A stretch of 64,000 bases of DNA. Source: Yuukianura sp. NJ FZ-2021 (Eukaryota). Location: the NCBI GenBank assembly GCA_046563655.1, contig JAJCTO010000011.1, positions 372,001 to 436,000 on the forward strand, given 5' to 3'. Below are positions 22,223 to 36,444 of the stretch, piece by piece; position 1 is the stretch's first letter, and every line of letters begins with the position of its first letter. Below the pieces are notes generated by a model that was given only the letters and a program-made list of their open reading frames with translations, searched no databases and was not told the DNA's origin. Made by a program: the position numbers and the translations under genes.

Positions 22223-24885
22223 AATTGAAGTATATAAAATATCTCTACTTGCAAACACCGTGTAACTTGCAGTGTAGGTTTTGGGTTTTGCGTGTAAGTC
22301 TCAATAAACTGTGTGTCTATTCACATGCAGGGAGTCACTCTCATGTAATCGTGCATGTATTTGATGCCTTGGAAAAAGTGCGGTAGAAATACACGCGTGC
22401 CAACATGCAATCCGAGGCATGTTGGCAGCACACAGTTTCCTCGCTGAGAGTGCAGCACCAAACACACGTTGCAAAAATGGGCACTTACACGACTTTACAA
22501 CGCTGCAAGATACTCAGCTTTCGACGTATGTAAAAGTCGTGCTATTGCAGGCTGGGATCGTGTGTAGCAAAACTCTATAAGGCCAAAAGAAAGCTACAAG
22601 CGAAGCTAAGAGAAAAGCCCGTTCTTCAATGCTGATTATAAAGCGTGCTCTTTTTTGGTAAGGAATTGATAAAACGGTAAAGCTTTACATGGATTTTTGT
22701 TACACCCGATATGTTGTATTATCTAATTACTATACAACTGAAATATTGTATATATTGTGATGACGTGTTCGTGGGCTTACCGTTTATTGAAATTTTCAGA
22801 ATCATTTTTCCTAAGAAGGCACCCACATCGATAATATTGAACTCCACAAAGAGCGTAGCATACACTTGTTGACGAATTTCCACAAATTCTCCGTACACAA
22901 GTGAACAGGGAGGTAACACAAATGGAAGATTGACGCCATCTTTTGGAATCCGAAAATTTGGGTCCCAGCGATCTCCTTTCCACAAAAACGGTGTTCCATC
23001 TTGGTTACCTAATTCAAATTCAAAATTTTAGTAAAGAATTCATAAAATTTTGAATAACGTAAGTGAAACTATATTATACAAATGAATGGACAGAGGTTCC
23101 GCCCCAAAATAAAAAAGAAAAAGTGGCAGTTGCCGTCACTAAGGTTTGTTGACCTTGATTTTCTTTAACAGTTTGAGTAATACCTGATGTTTTTTTTCTG
23201 ATTTTGCAAAAAAGTGTCTTTTCATTTCAAGCAATCGTAGTCATAACAATACAATTTTTTAAATTGTGCATACGAATTGGTAGCAATTTTTTTTTGATTG
23301 GTACTAAAATTGGTACCAATTTTTGTGTTTTTCGTTTTTCTGTCAACAAGCGATGTAGTACCCAACCTGTTAAAGAAAATTAACTTTTCATTTTCAAGGA
23401 ACCTTGGGCCGGCACTGTTTTTTACTCATCATCATTGAGCTAGAACTTTTTAATCGACGGAAAACTTTAAAAAGCTGCTAATGAGTACTGACTCAAATAA
23501 ATTCCAAGTCCTTTGTTCTGTATGGGAAATACAATCCATTGCTCCTTCCTAGAACTCTTTGGTGATGAGCCAATGAGTCGTCTTGGTCCGGAAGTTTTTC
23601 GAACAAGTTTTGTCGCGTCTTCCAAAAATGTCGTGTCAATGTCCGTCACAAGTGAATTAGGATCCACTGAAGTGGATTTGGGACGATGAGGTGACAGTTC
23701 GGCGTTCGGGTCAATCTGGTCCGGAAGCATGATGGATATTTTTTGAAGTTCCATTTCAATGTCCAACACTAGAATAGTGAAATATCCACTGTTTTATTTG
23801 GAACTATTAAAAATGGATAAGGACGCGCGAAAACCTTTTCTGTTTGCATATTGCTTTTGTTACAAGGTAAATTGTTACGGATCCAATTTTATAACAAGTC
23901 CCTTTTTAATCCAAAGTTTTAAGTGAAAATGTAATCTCAAAATAAGGTGATCTTTTAAAAGCTTATTTGTATAATCTAACACGCCACTTGGCTCAGCATT
24001 CACCTGAGTGTTCATTATGAGAACACCAAGTAAAATTGTTACTAATTTTCCAGACGCGAAACCTAAACTGTTAAAACGTTGGAAACGCCATACGCTAGTA
24101 GCGGGAGTGATGAGATGTAACCTTCAACATTTGTCAATTATCACTGTATAAAACGTGAGAGGTCACCTTCAAATTACCTAAAATCAGTCGAGATTCATGA
24201 ATATGAAACGGTAGGGACACTATTGATGAAAGACAGACAGACAGACGCGCTGCTTACGGCATACCTAAAGTATACCTAAAGGAACAGGAAGATCTTGGAG
24301 TAACTCTTTTTTTTTATAATTCTTGTACAACCAAAATCAAATACCTAAAGGGTAATTTATATATTGGTTCGCGTTTCCTCCTTTTTGGTGGCAGACGAAC
24401 AGACAGACGGATTAGATAAAATCGTAACGTAGGTTTCGCAAGTTAATAAATTAGGGCGTTTCTTTCTCTATTCTAAAGGTTCTATAAAATTATATCATGA
24501 AAAAACCAGCATTAAGTAACACATTGTTAACAAATTTCTCACCTTCTTCATTGATTTTTGGGCGTTGTTCGTGTTCTAACTTTTAAATTTTAAACCTAAG
24601 TTTTTCTCGCTTCAATGGAGGACTGAAGGCAGGAGCTTTCAAATTCCCGAGTTGGCAAATGCCCAGACGCCAGACGCTATATCAAATATTAATATTAATT
24701 GCATATTTAGTAAGAGTCGGCATCAAATTACTGGTGGAGTTATGTAATACCTTTATTCGGGCTCTATAAAATAGTGGAAGACTTACGAATTACGCTTATG
24801 GCGTAGACTGGTTATAATTTGGGTTTTCACGAGTAGGTATTTCAAAGCCGTTGTTGAAGCTAAGTTCGTCTTCTTATAAACGTTG

Positions 24886-27800
24886 TGTTATGAAAACACA
24901 ACGTCAACTTTTCTTAAAGTTCAAAGTAAAGTTCAAATGTAAATTATCTGTCTTTTCGTTAAAGTTCATTTTCTGCAAAACAAAAGACATTTTCCTTTTG
25001 TTAGAGATCTAAAATTAGAAGTCTAATTTACTCATGCTAATTTGGAGTTACTCGTAACTCCTCGTTTCCGGTTTAGCGTTTGTTTCTGACCGTATAAATA
25101 CGGCCAGAACCCAGCCTAGTACATCCATTCTTTTCCTTCCAGTCTTTCTGGAACATTCCCTACTTGTAAGGCCTCACTGCGAGGTCAAGGACTTAGTGTC
25201 CTTGTCCCTATTGTATTTAATAAAAGACAATAACTTCATTCTTATTGCAAACTTGCAAAGTCGTCTACGGAGTACATTCATTTCAGTACATTTGGTGGTA
25301 CGAGCTGCTGAAACCGATGGCTTCCACAGGAAGCGGAGATGCTCAACCTATGACCTCTGGGTCAACGCTAGCGTTGTCCAGAGGGAATGACCTTATGGCG
25401 GTGGTCTGCTCTGTGCCTCTTCGTGATGGCAAAGCGAGCATTGACCTGTTGACCCTGAGGTCGGATGCCCTATTGGCATCGAGTGCTTTGGCCAGAAAAT
25501 TCTGACCATATACCTTCACAAAGCGATGGAGGGAAAAGCACTGATAAGGTGACGTTAGTCACAAAATATCTGAGAGTAGTTCGGATATTTCAAACAATAA
25601 AATAATTTGAAAGAAAATTTCAAATCAAGTTGAAAATATGTATTAAATGTAACTTTAATTGTTCAATTGTTTAATTGAAAAAAAATCAAATAAGTTTGAC
25701 CCATATAAGGTCACAGGTCACATTTGACGAAAACAAAAATTAAAGTAAAATTTAGCTTGTGAGATCACTCAAAATTCAGAAAATTGAATATGAATCTAAA
25801 AAAAAATTTTTTTTTGGAAAAAGTACAATTTAAAATAGCAGAAACTTCAAAATCTACAAAATTGCTAAGTGGCAGTACGGCTAAAATGCCAAAATGTACC
25901 CACGGGTCGCTGTCAAGTCAAGCAATAAATAAAAGTAAAATAAAGTAAAAGGTAAAGTAAATAGTAGTTGTCCATTTAAATAATCTCAGGCGGTCATTAA
26001 CCTAAAAAGTCAGAATTCTACTGACAATAAGAAAGTTCCTTTCGCAATTAAAAAAAAATAAGCCACAGAAAATTCTGTTTTTCTTTATTATTGTTTCAAA
26101 AAATATCGACAGTTGGAATGTCCTTAGCAAAAAATACGCTGGAAAAAAAAAATTAATAAAAATTGCCAACTGACAGTACGGCTAAAAATGCCAAAATGAA
26201 CTCAAGAGTCGCTGTCAAGCCATGCAATAAATAATTCGAAACATTAACCATGTGTTATTTGCTAAAGATTTTGAAATAATTTAAAGAATTTAATGTTAGA
26301 TCAGCCATTCATGCCTGATAAATGAGACAAAAATCCAATTTCATTAAAGATTTTGTATTGAAAATTCAAGTATTGAGATATTTTAGTCTAAAATTCAAAC
26401 TCTCGCCGCTAAGAACTGACTAAATAATGACAAAACACTGGAAATTGCAAAATTTTTAAAACAAAAATTACCTCTGAAATTCGTTAATGACTAAAGAAAT
26501 TTAGCCCAGTTACAGAAGTACCTGCAAAAAAAAAGAAATTATAATTACTAAATTTGCCTCTGAGACTTGCTGAAAAATGTGGAAAACTTCAAAAGTCACT
26601 ATCAAATTCAAGTAATAACTGCCATCTAAAATTACCTCTGAGATTTGTCAAAAACTTGAGGGCAATGCGCCTCAGTTAACAAATCCAAGTAATACAGCCG
26701 TTAAAACTACCACTGAGATTTCCAAATACTGCGGATATTGAATCCCAGCAAAATATATCCAAGTAGTTAGGCTAAAACGAAATAAAAATTTTTTCATGAG
26801 AGTTACCGGAATTTGTTCCAAAACTGAGGTTAGTAAACCACGCCACAGTTGAATAAATCAAGTATCCTAATCAAGTAGCTAATATGCTAAACCCGAAATT
26901 ATAACCTTACCTCTGAGTTCGTCAATGGTTGAGGAAAATAAACCTCCATTGCACAAACCAAGTAAATAAAATGGCCGGCAAGCCAACAGAACTGCAGCAG
27001 CTAAACTCTACTTCAATAACTTGTCTCAAAATACAGAAAATTTGAATTGAAATAAGTTAGCTCAAAAATGCTGTAAATTCTGATTGTATTTCAAAAATTT
27101 AGACAAGAAACAAAAATCACAAAAATCTTGAGGAGGAATTGCTTCCGATTTGTTCTAAGGTGACAAAATTGTACACCGAACAAATTCGAGCTCACAGTTC
27201 GGCGAAAAGCTAAAAGAATTGTAGAGAAAAAGGCGTTCAGCGTCATGATTTTGTGATAAGTACTTGCTAAATTAATAAAAAGTACAATTCAGATTAATTT
27301 TTGCTTTAAAATTTTACGGTAAATTGAGAAACTTGCACAATTTAGTTGTGTCAAGAACCCAAAAACAGGGAAGGGTACAAGGAGTTGAAATCCCTCCTTA
27401 GTCAACTAAATGTTAATGAGAAAAAAAAAACAAATTTTAAATGGTAAAATTTTAATTGAAATTATCTCAATTTAAAACATAAAGAAAATAAAAATATTGG
27501 GTCATAAGATTTAGTCCTTAGTTTTGCCCAACTCTGCGAAGTGAGAGCGAATGTGCACGTAGACTCATTGATTAACGCAGAAAGTGTGAAAACCAAAAAT
27601 CCAAAAATAAGAGTCCTACGAAAAAGCCTAGCAGATATATAATGTCATTTATCTGTCATGCGAAACTGACAATAAAAAGTCAGAAACATAAAATTTAGCA
27701 AAACAGTTCCAGTATGGAAATTATTAGTCATAATAGATCGTTCACCGTTCCTCATCCAAAAGGCAAATTAGTTCAAATGACTCCAGGTCATTGACACGCC

Positions 27801-29212
27801 GTGTGCAAAATTCTGCTCCGGAAAGTGACAGTGACTGTGACAATGTGAGTGACCGCGAGGTGATAAATACCTCTGCAGACGAAAGACGACATGTCAGTTC
27901 ATCGTCGTCTTCGGAAGAAGAAGGAAGTACAGCCTGGAACCCTCCAAAGGTCAACTCCACTCCAAGGGTCATCTCTGTTCCGCCAAAGGTCACCGAGCCC
28001 GCCAGAAAGTCAACTCGCCAGAGGAAAGCCCCTGACAGATTCGGAGCTCGGGTCACGGACTACTAGAATGGACATTGAACAAGAAGAACAACTCTTGCAG
28101 ATGGACGAAGACTTAGGTAAGTCTAAATGTCCAGTTTTTCATGAAAGATCATGAAAGGTCATTGTTCTTTATCATATTTAGTCCATTCGTTGTGACATTC
28201 TATGTAATGTCACGGCAATGTTCAGTCATTGCCCCACTACTTCTACAATTTTCAAAATTTCTAATATTTCTTTTTATTTTTCCAGATTCCCTCCAGCCGA
28301 TGTCTCCTGTCTCTCTCAACACTACTTCGTCTACGATTCCGATGCCGTCTACGTCAAAACCGCCAACCGTTCCGACTCTAATCAACTGTAATCCACCGGA
28401 TGGAAAAATGGATTTCTCGAAATGGCGTATTCCTAAAAGACCGATGACGGACGGGGAGTCACAGACTGTGAGACAGCCGAGTAGAGCGGAGAAACGGACA
28501 TTCAACTTTGCCAGGATGTCAACGGCCTTGCCGCCGCGGGAACGTCCCCCAAAACACAACAACTCATCAACTTCTAACCAATCCTCGTCATCTTCAACTT
28601 CTGGAGATTCTCCAATTCTGGTCCTAAGCAACGTTGGTCAGCTCAAAGCCGCTGTGGAGTCGATGACCCATCATAGACCTCGACCCAGACGATGCTTCAC
28701 TTGTCAACGTGTTGGACATAGAGCAAAACACTGCTTCGTACGTCGACCCCGTCAAGTTCCACGTAACCCAGATGCTCCAGGAGAAACATCCATTTAAGGT
28801 GGTAGGAATGTTATGAAAACACAACATCAACTTTTCTTAAAGTTCAAAGTAAAGTTCAAATGTAAATTATCTGTCTTTTCGTTAAAGTTCATTTTCTGCA
28901 AAACAAAAGACATTTTCCTTTTGTTAGAGATCTAAAATTAGAAGTCTAATTTACTCATGCTAATTTGGAGTTACTCGTAACTCCTCGTTTCCGGTTTAGC
29001 GTTTGTTTCTGACCGTATAAATACGGCCAGAACCCAGCCTAGTACATCCATTCTTTTCCTTCCAGTCTTTCTGGAACATTCCCTCTTGTAAGGCCTCACT
29101 GCGAGGTCAAGGACTTAGTGTCCTTGTCCCTTCTTGTATTGAATAAAACAATAACTTCATTCTTATTGCAAACTTGCAAAGTCGTCTACGGAGTTACATT
29201 CATTTCAGTACA
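24886..29212 (+). mobile_element. Non-autonomous LTR retroelement (LTRs 24886-25290 and 28809-29212)
   Basis: ~405-bp TG...CA LTRs with few differences; 4-bp TSD GTTG; PBS-like TGGTGGTACG at 25293; PPT AAGGTGGTAGGAA 28796-28808; no gag/RT; only an integrase-tail-like remnant (RKSTRQRKAPDRFG, to 28066). Confidence 0.9.
28068..28797 (+). CDS. Spliced 186-aa low-complexity protein with C-terminal CCHC zinc knuckle (exons 28068-28116, 28286-28797)
   Basis: G|GTAAGT donor, CTAAT branch site, polypyrimidine + CCAG acceptor, in-frame junction; CFTCQRVGHRAKHC. Confidence 0.65.
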
Positions 29213-29501
29213 GTTGATTAACCTTAACAATATTAATTAAAAAGTTCAAGATGGCTTTAAATAGATTTTAGCCGTTTTGCTGTATTTAAAGATTTATACG
29301 TTTTCTAAAGGTAATGAAAATCTTAGTCAAGAAGTAATTTACGTGTTTTATTAATATACGGATAATAAATTACTAATTAATTAGATTATTGGCTGTTCTG
29401 GCTAATCAAGACGCACGCTCGTAGAAGACGAAACGTTTAAACCTACCTTATCCTGCGCCAAAACTGAGAAAATTAGAATCAATCGTAGAAGTGGAAAAAA
29501 A

Positions 29502-32500
29502 TGTAATGTTCTGCAAGAACATTTGTATGATAGACTTTACTCGTCTAATTACAAAACCAGAGTGACTAATTTATTTCCGAATTAAGAGAACTCAATTGAC
29601 ATTGTAGAAGTGTCAAGGGTGTGAAGATGCTTAGATTGCATTTCACACGACAGTAAGAGAGGAACAGAAAAAGATGCATGAATGCATATATTACACTATC
29701 TTCCCCTTTGGTTTTGAATACAAAGAAAGGAAAAGGGAACTACATCGTACTGTTCATTTGACGTGTCATGCTCCGGGTTTGGGGGCGGTGTGCCACTTTT
29801 GGAGGAGGGGGTGCCGCTCGCTGTGGACTGGCTGGAACTGGCGGTTGTACGCTCGGCAGGGTTGCTGGCGGTGTCGCTTGCGGGGAAAGGATCGGCATCG
29901 GGCGGATCGGCGATCCGGTGGGGGTCTGAAACGGTGAAGCCGTAGGGCTTCCTGGTAAGGATCGGGGAGAACTGGCAACATCTTGGCGCGGCGAAACAAG
30001 TGGTGTGACAGTCACCTCACTTCGTCCGGTATCCTGTGTCGTAGGAGGCGCATCAAGGATTTGATCCATGTGACGTTTGTGCAGCTTCCCTCCCACCTCG
30101 ATGTTGAATGTAACTGGACCGAGCTGGGTACGAATGACTCCCGGAGACCATTTCGGTTCGTTTTTGGAAAAGGTTCGGACCCAAACCTTTTGATCAATAC
30201 CGAATTGCCGATCTCTGGCGTGTGGGTCAAAACTCTCCTTTTGGTGAGCTTGAGCGCGGGACGCAGTCAGAGCGGAACCCGGATGCAGCAGGTGCAGTGT
30301 GTTTCGGAGCGGTCGGTTTTGAAGGAGTTCGCAAGGAGCTGCGGCCGTTGTAGGGTGCGGTGTGATACGGTACCGGAACAAGAACCTTTGCAGTGGTGTG
30401 GTTAAATCCCCATTGAAACCAGATAAGGAGGATTTAAATGTTTGGATAAATCGCTCCGCCTCGCCGTTGGAGCGGGGGTGATATACGGTACTCGTGGAGT
30501 GCCGAATACCATTTTGACGACAAAAGGACTAAAATTCGTAGGAAGTAAACTGTGGTCCGTTGTCGGAGACTATTTGATCCGGAAGTCCGAATCGACCGAT
30601 GCATTCCAGAATTCGGGAAATGACCGATCCCGAAGTGGAGTTGTTTCCGAAAGAAAAAATTTCCGGCCATTTGGAGTGGGCATCAACTATGACGAGCCAC
30701 ATCTTGTTTTTGAACGGACCGGCGAGGTCAATGTGCAGACGCTGCCACGGCCTTTCAGGGAATTCCCATGGGTGGAGCGGCGCGGACGGCGGATTCGGAC
30801 GGCGCTGGATGCAGAAGTTGCATGACCGACAAGCGTCTTCGATGTCCGAATCAATCCCAGGCCACCAGACATGTTGGCGGGCAATGGATTTCATGCGCAC
30901 TATTCCAGCATGAGTCTCGTGGAGGTTCGCCATAATCCGGGAGCTTAACGAACTGGGTATGACGATCCGACGACCCCAGAGAATCACGTCTTGAACTAGG
31001 GTTAACTCAGCACGACGACCGTAGAACGGAAACAGTGGATCGGTTTTGGATGGTGGGGTCGGGGACCAACCATCAATAATTTTGCGAAGGACGGCTGCAA
31101 GGATGGGATCCTTCCCCGTCGCAGTTCGGACTGTTTTGCTATCCACCGGTAAATGTTCCATGGTTTGGGCACTGATGAGATTCACCTCAGCTTCGGTGGT
31201 CGGATCGAGCTCGGTCGGATCGGTCGACGGGTGCCGGGAAAATGCATCGGCGTTGCCGTGATCGGTGGTGCGGCGATAGTCCATGGTGAAAGCGAACTGA
31301 CTTAAAAACAGAGTCCACTTCTGAATTCGAGTTGCAGTGAAACTCGGAACGGGCGATCCGGGTCCAAGGATCGAAGTAGGGGCTGGTGGTCGGTTATAAT
31401 TTGAAACGAACGACCACACAAAAACTGATGAAACTTTTTGACACCAAACACAATCGCCAGGGCTTCACGTTCTATTTGTGCGTAGCGACGTTCCGTCGGA
31501 GAAAGCAGCTTAGACGCGAATGCGATCGGGCGTTCCGTGTTGTCTGGGAAACGGTGAAAGAGTACAACTCCTAGTCCGATAGGTGAAGCGTCACAGCTTA
31601 TGCCTATGGGGAGTGAGGGGGTGTGATGGGCAAGCACTGGTGACTTGGACAGGGCCACTTTCACTTGGGAGAAAGCACGGTCACAGGCTTGATCCCATTT
31701 GAACACGACATCCTTCTGAGTCAATCGGTACAAGGGAGCACTAATGTGTGAAAGTCCAGGAACAAAACGTCCGTAGAAATTCACAAGTCCCATAAACGAA
31801 CGCACTTCCGTCACTGAAGTGGGACGTTGAATAGAATTGAGGGCTTTCACTTTCTCCGGGGAAGTGGAAACACCGTTCTGGTTAAGCACAAAGCCCATAA
31901 AATCAAGTGATTTTTGAAGAAACTGACACTTTGACATGGCAAGTTTGTAGTTTGCCTTGCGCATGCGCAGAAAAATTTGTTCAAGATTCTTGATATGGTC
32001 ACTGTCGGTGGCACCACTGGTCAACGAATCGTCCATAAAAGAGCCTGTCATCGGTATTCCCTTCAAAAGTTCGTCCATAAACTCTTGAAATATGGCGGGC
32101 GATGATGCAATTCCTTGTGGCAACACATTATACTGATACAAACCTTTATGTGTGTTAATCACCAAAAACTTTCTGCTGGACTCATCCAACTGAAGCTGGT
32201 GAAAGGCGTCTGGACCGTCGAGACGCGAGAAAGTCGAACCACCCGAAATCAAGGTCAAAAGGTCATCAACCCTTTGCAGTGTGTACTGGTTGACGTGGAG
32301 TTGGGAGTTCACTGTATGTTTAAAATCACCTGTGATACGCACTCTCCCATTGGCCTTTGGAACTACCACGAGTGGAGACGCCCACTCTGAATGGTCAATG
32401 CGAGAAATAACACCAGATTTCTCCATTCTGTCGAGTTCCGTGTCCACTTTTGCTCGTAGGGCAAAAGGGATTGGTCTGGCCTTGAGGAATCGCGGGGTAG

Positions 32501-34138
32501 CATCTTCCTTCAGCGTGACTTTGGCTTTAAAATTTTGAATTGTGCCACTTGGGGGTAAGAAAATGTCTGAGAACTCTGCAAGGAGAGACTTGAGTGTGGG
32601 CACTGGGGACACACTATTACACTTAGGTGAAAGTGAAAGGTTCAATTTAAACAACCGGATCAGATCTCTGCCGTAGAGTGATCGTCCTTTCACTACACAG
32701 AATGTATAATTCTTGGTTTGTCCATTGAGAGTCAGTTTAACGTCCAAATCCCCTCGGGGTTTGAAAGTGTGATCTGTGAACGACCGAAACACTTGGGTTG
32801 ACTTTCGCAACGGTGGAGAACCTAAACTTTCACTCCAAAAACTTTCACTGAGGAGACTCCGGCGACAGCCACTGTCAAATTCCATTTCATGGAGAAAGTC
32901 ATTGATTTTGACTTTTGCAATGTATTCAGCATCAACAGAATTTCCTTGGGAAATTGCGAATACATTTGAGACGTTGTAGTCCACTTCAACTACATTTCGT
33001 GTCTCGTTAGTCGCTTTCGGTAAACTGCGACCGTACTTTTTGAAATGGCCCTTTTTACCACACCCATGACACACAACGTCTTTGTGGGGGCAGTCCTTGG
33101 CCTTGAAATGTTCAGTTGACCCGCAGTTAGGGCAACTGCTGTTGGATTGGTTCTTCTTGGGCGGGGCACTCTTCCCACCGCGTTTTGAATTGTGTTGTCC
33201 GCCACCTCGGCCACGACCGGAAGGTGGACGCGGACCTGACCCACGACCGCGAGTAGAGGTGTAGTTGACCTCTGACTTGGTTTCTCGTATGGTCGAAGTG
33301 CCGGCTTCAGCTGCTTCTTGGGCTGTGGCTACTTGCAAAGCATCCGACAGGGTGAGGTTGTCGTCACGAATCAAGATTCGTTTCTGAGCAGGTTCGTTGA
33401 TGAGGCCAAAAATGAATTGATCGCGGAGACGATCCTCTAGAGCAGTGTCAAATTTACATGTTACTGCTAACTTACGTAATTCGGCTAAGAACATGGAAGC
33501 CGTTTCCCCATTCCGTTGTTTTCTGGAGGCAAATTTGAAGCGTTCCGACAAAGCCTTTGGAGGAGGTTTGAAATGGACACGAAGGGTCTCGACGAGAATC
33601 GGGAGATCCACTTCGGTGGGTTTTTTAGGAGACACTAAACTTGACAGTAGAGAGAAAGTGGGGAGTCCAACTGACGAAAGTAGAACACCCTTGGCACGGG
33701 ACTTGTGGCTATCCTTCGTTGGGTCAATGCCGTTGGCACACAAAAAGGATTCGAAAATCATTATCCAGTCCTCAAAATCGTCCGTGGTTGCACAAAACGG
33801 AGGAAGGACACCAACAGTTGCGGAGGTCATGGTTATGATACGTTCGCGTACAGCGTAATCTGATGGCTTTTCCTCTTTGGGTTGTTTTGGCACAGGCAAC
33901 ATGTAATGGGGACTACTTTAACTGGAAAGCACTCTCGTCGCCAATGTAATGTTCTGCTAGAACATTTGTATGATAGACTTTACTCGTCTAATTACAAAAC
34001 CAGAGTGACTAATTTATTTCCGAATTAAGAGAACTCAATTGACATTGTAGAAGTGTCAAGGGTGTGAAGATGCTTAGATTGCATTTCACACGACAGTAAG
34101 AAAGGAACAGAAAAAGATGCATGAATGCATATATTACA
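29502..34138 (-). mobile_element. Ty3/Gypsy LTR retrotransposon (Mag/K02A2.6-like), LTRs 29502-29695 and 33945-34138
   Basis: 194-bp TGTAAT...ATTACA LTRs differing at 2 sites; AAAAA TSD; PBS TGGCGACGAG (complementary to tRNA-Ser(GCU) 3' end); PPT AAGGGGAAGATAG. Confidence 0.96.
29740..33902 (-). pseudogene. Gag-Pol polyprotein (Gag-CCHC-PR-RT-RH-IN) with one frameshift and one nonsense codon
   Basis: FDSG protease, LPQG/FMDD RT, CDAS/EREALA RNase H, HHCC + DLAG/SDNG/NGEAE integrase; 1-bp deletion ~31380; TAG at 30529-30531 in frame with 29740-30381. Confidence 0.93.
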
Positions 34139-36444
34139 AAAAATATTCACAAACGCATTTTAAATATTTTCAAATATTAATTTTTTTTTACAATAAAAGA
34201 AGCCAAATATGTCTCAATGATTAGCATTAGGTTCACGGGGAAAATATATAAATATTTAGTTTATAAAGCCCCTAAAAGTTTTGCATTAACATTATAGGTT
34301 TTGGGCACTAAATATTTTTTCCCAGTCTAACCAAACCAAAAGCGAAGCTGTTCACATACATATAGACTCAACAACGAAGAACAAATCGAAATCAGAACAA
34401 CTCGAAATCACTAACTAATTCCTTCGGTGATCTCGTATGTCCGCGCCGGACAGAAATTTAGTCGTAGATTAGGCGGAAATAGCGCGCATGCGCACGAATG
34501 AGTTAATTTCACCAGAACTGGCACAGCAGACCAAAGGCACAAACAGACACAATAAACTAAGCTCCTGAAAGTCCAACATAGGGAATACAAAATAAGAATT
34601 AAGGTCAAACCACTTTAACCTCACTTACATACTATATTGTAACCTTTCTGCAGTTATAAACAAGAAGTATACTTAAATTATAGAAGTGATTGATCTCTGA
34701 ACTTGTGCGCGCCGCGTTATGATCATGATATCATCTCGTTTAAAATTTAAATAACCTGAACTTTTAGTTAATTTGACTTACCAACAATTTGTAGCGCGTA
34801 TCCAATAGCAAACCGAGATTATGTCGAAACTCATACAATGAAGTTTTAGTCAATTCACTTTTTTCTTTTCCATCCATGTTGTTCTAAATATAAGGTTTGA
34901 TCCAGGAAGAAACTGAGAATGTCAGGTTCAGCTATCAGTTACTATTATGAAAATAGAAACTACAGATACCGAAATGCAGAATTCAAAGGGTTACACCTAT
35001 TGTTACACTACTAGTTACAAGGTGTAACAAAGAGTGAGAGTAGGTCATTTCCTTTCCAATCCCAAACAGAAACTGAGACTGAGGGATTCCGGGCGAGAGG
35101 AGGAAATAATGGAATGGTTAATTACAGGACAAAACACAAAACCAAAGTTAAAACGGGTGAACGTTGAACGGGTCTCCACAGCGTTATGACAATAAGGTTT
35201 TAGCGTTATACGCTTTAAGCGCAAATCATAATAGTAACAAGTGCTGATATAACGATTGTATACGCGTTGTGTTTGTGTAGCAAGGAACCGGGATCTGTGT
35301 AGGAACTTTTTTTTTGCAAGTAATTTAAGTCCACGCGTTACAAGACTCCACTCCACGAGGTTTGCTTTTCTGGAAATCTTGTATGGAGCACCGCATTGCT
35401 CACTGAACTGTTTCACACGGACCAAATTGTATGGGCAAACGTTAAAATATTGGCAAAATTTCAAATACTGGTTGAATTCAGCGTAAACAGACGTAGTTAT
35501 TTAGGTTGCAGTTGGGTATTCTGAGTTCAAGAAAAGTGCTCTGTGAGAAATACTTGTTTTTGTTAAAGCTGCTTCAAAGAATTCTGTTTTGTTTCTGTTT
35601 TGAGTCGAAAATTGAAAAATTGTCATCACCATTCAGAGAGTTGTCAATAGAGGATTAATGTTAAAAATTTAAATATTGACATCGCCAGAATCTGCTTCAA
35701 GCTCCAAATTTGAATTCTTTACAAGCAAAAAACGCCAATGTTTTCAACCCTTAAAATTGGTGACTGAAATTTGTCGAAATTCCAAAGTCTAATTCTATTT
35801 TTGTGGGTCTGGTGGCCAAAACGGCCACCATATACTGACCGACACAAAAAAAAGTGTTTCACTTTTACGAAAATTATACGTCAAACGATAATAATTTGTG
35901 AAATTTAAATTATTTACATTCCAAAGGAATTTTTAGCAAGTGAATACTTTGTGTCATTGTTTTAATTTGTCAAGGACATCAACTGCAGTGGCCATATTCT
36001 TACATCAATTTTTTACTTCATCTTTAATCCGAATTAATGTTAATCTAATTCAAACTCATTTTAGTCAAACGAACTTAACTATCTCTAAGGTCTTCTTCGT
36101 TTTCACGCTTTTTTAAAGTCTTTCTTTGTTTTCTGCAACGCGAGAAGGTAAACGGGAAGCATTTGACATGAAATGACCTTTTAAACGCCTTAAACATTAT
36201 GCATTAAAGCTGCAAAAGAGCCTAAACAGTAAAAATCTGTAGACAAGCGTTTCATTCTATCGTTACTCAAAATGAGCATGCTACGAATTCCGTTACAAAG
36301 CCGAACGAATGTGCGCAAGATCAAGAAAAATAGGAACAGGAAACCGAGTGCGTCAGTGTTTTACATCCCAGCAATTATTACATTAGTAATTAATATCACA
36401 ATGAAGGCCTTTAGCTTCTGAAATTTCATATCCCGTTTTCCATG

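Noticed and set aside
22719..23769. Short ORFs at 22.7-23.0 kb and 23467-23769
   Set aside because: No recognisable motif or consistent exon chain; they may be decayed exons or TE remnants but cannot be supported
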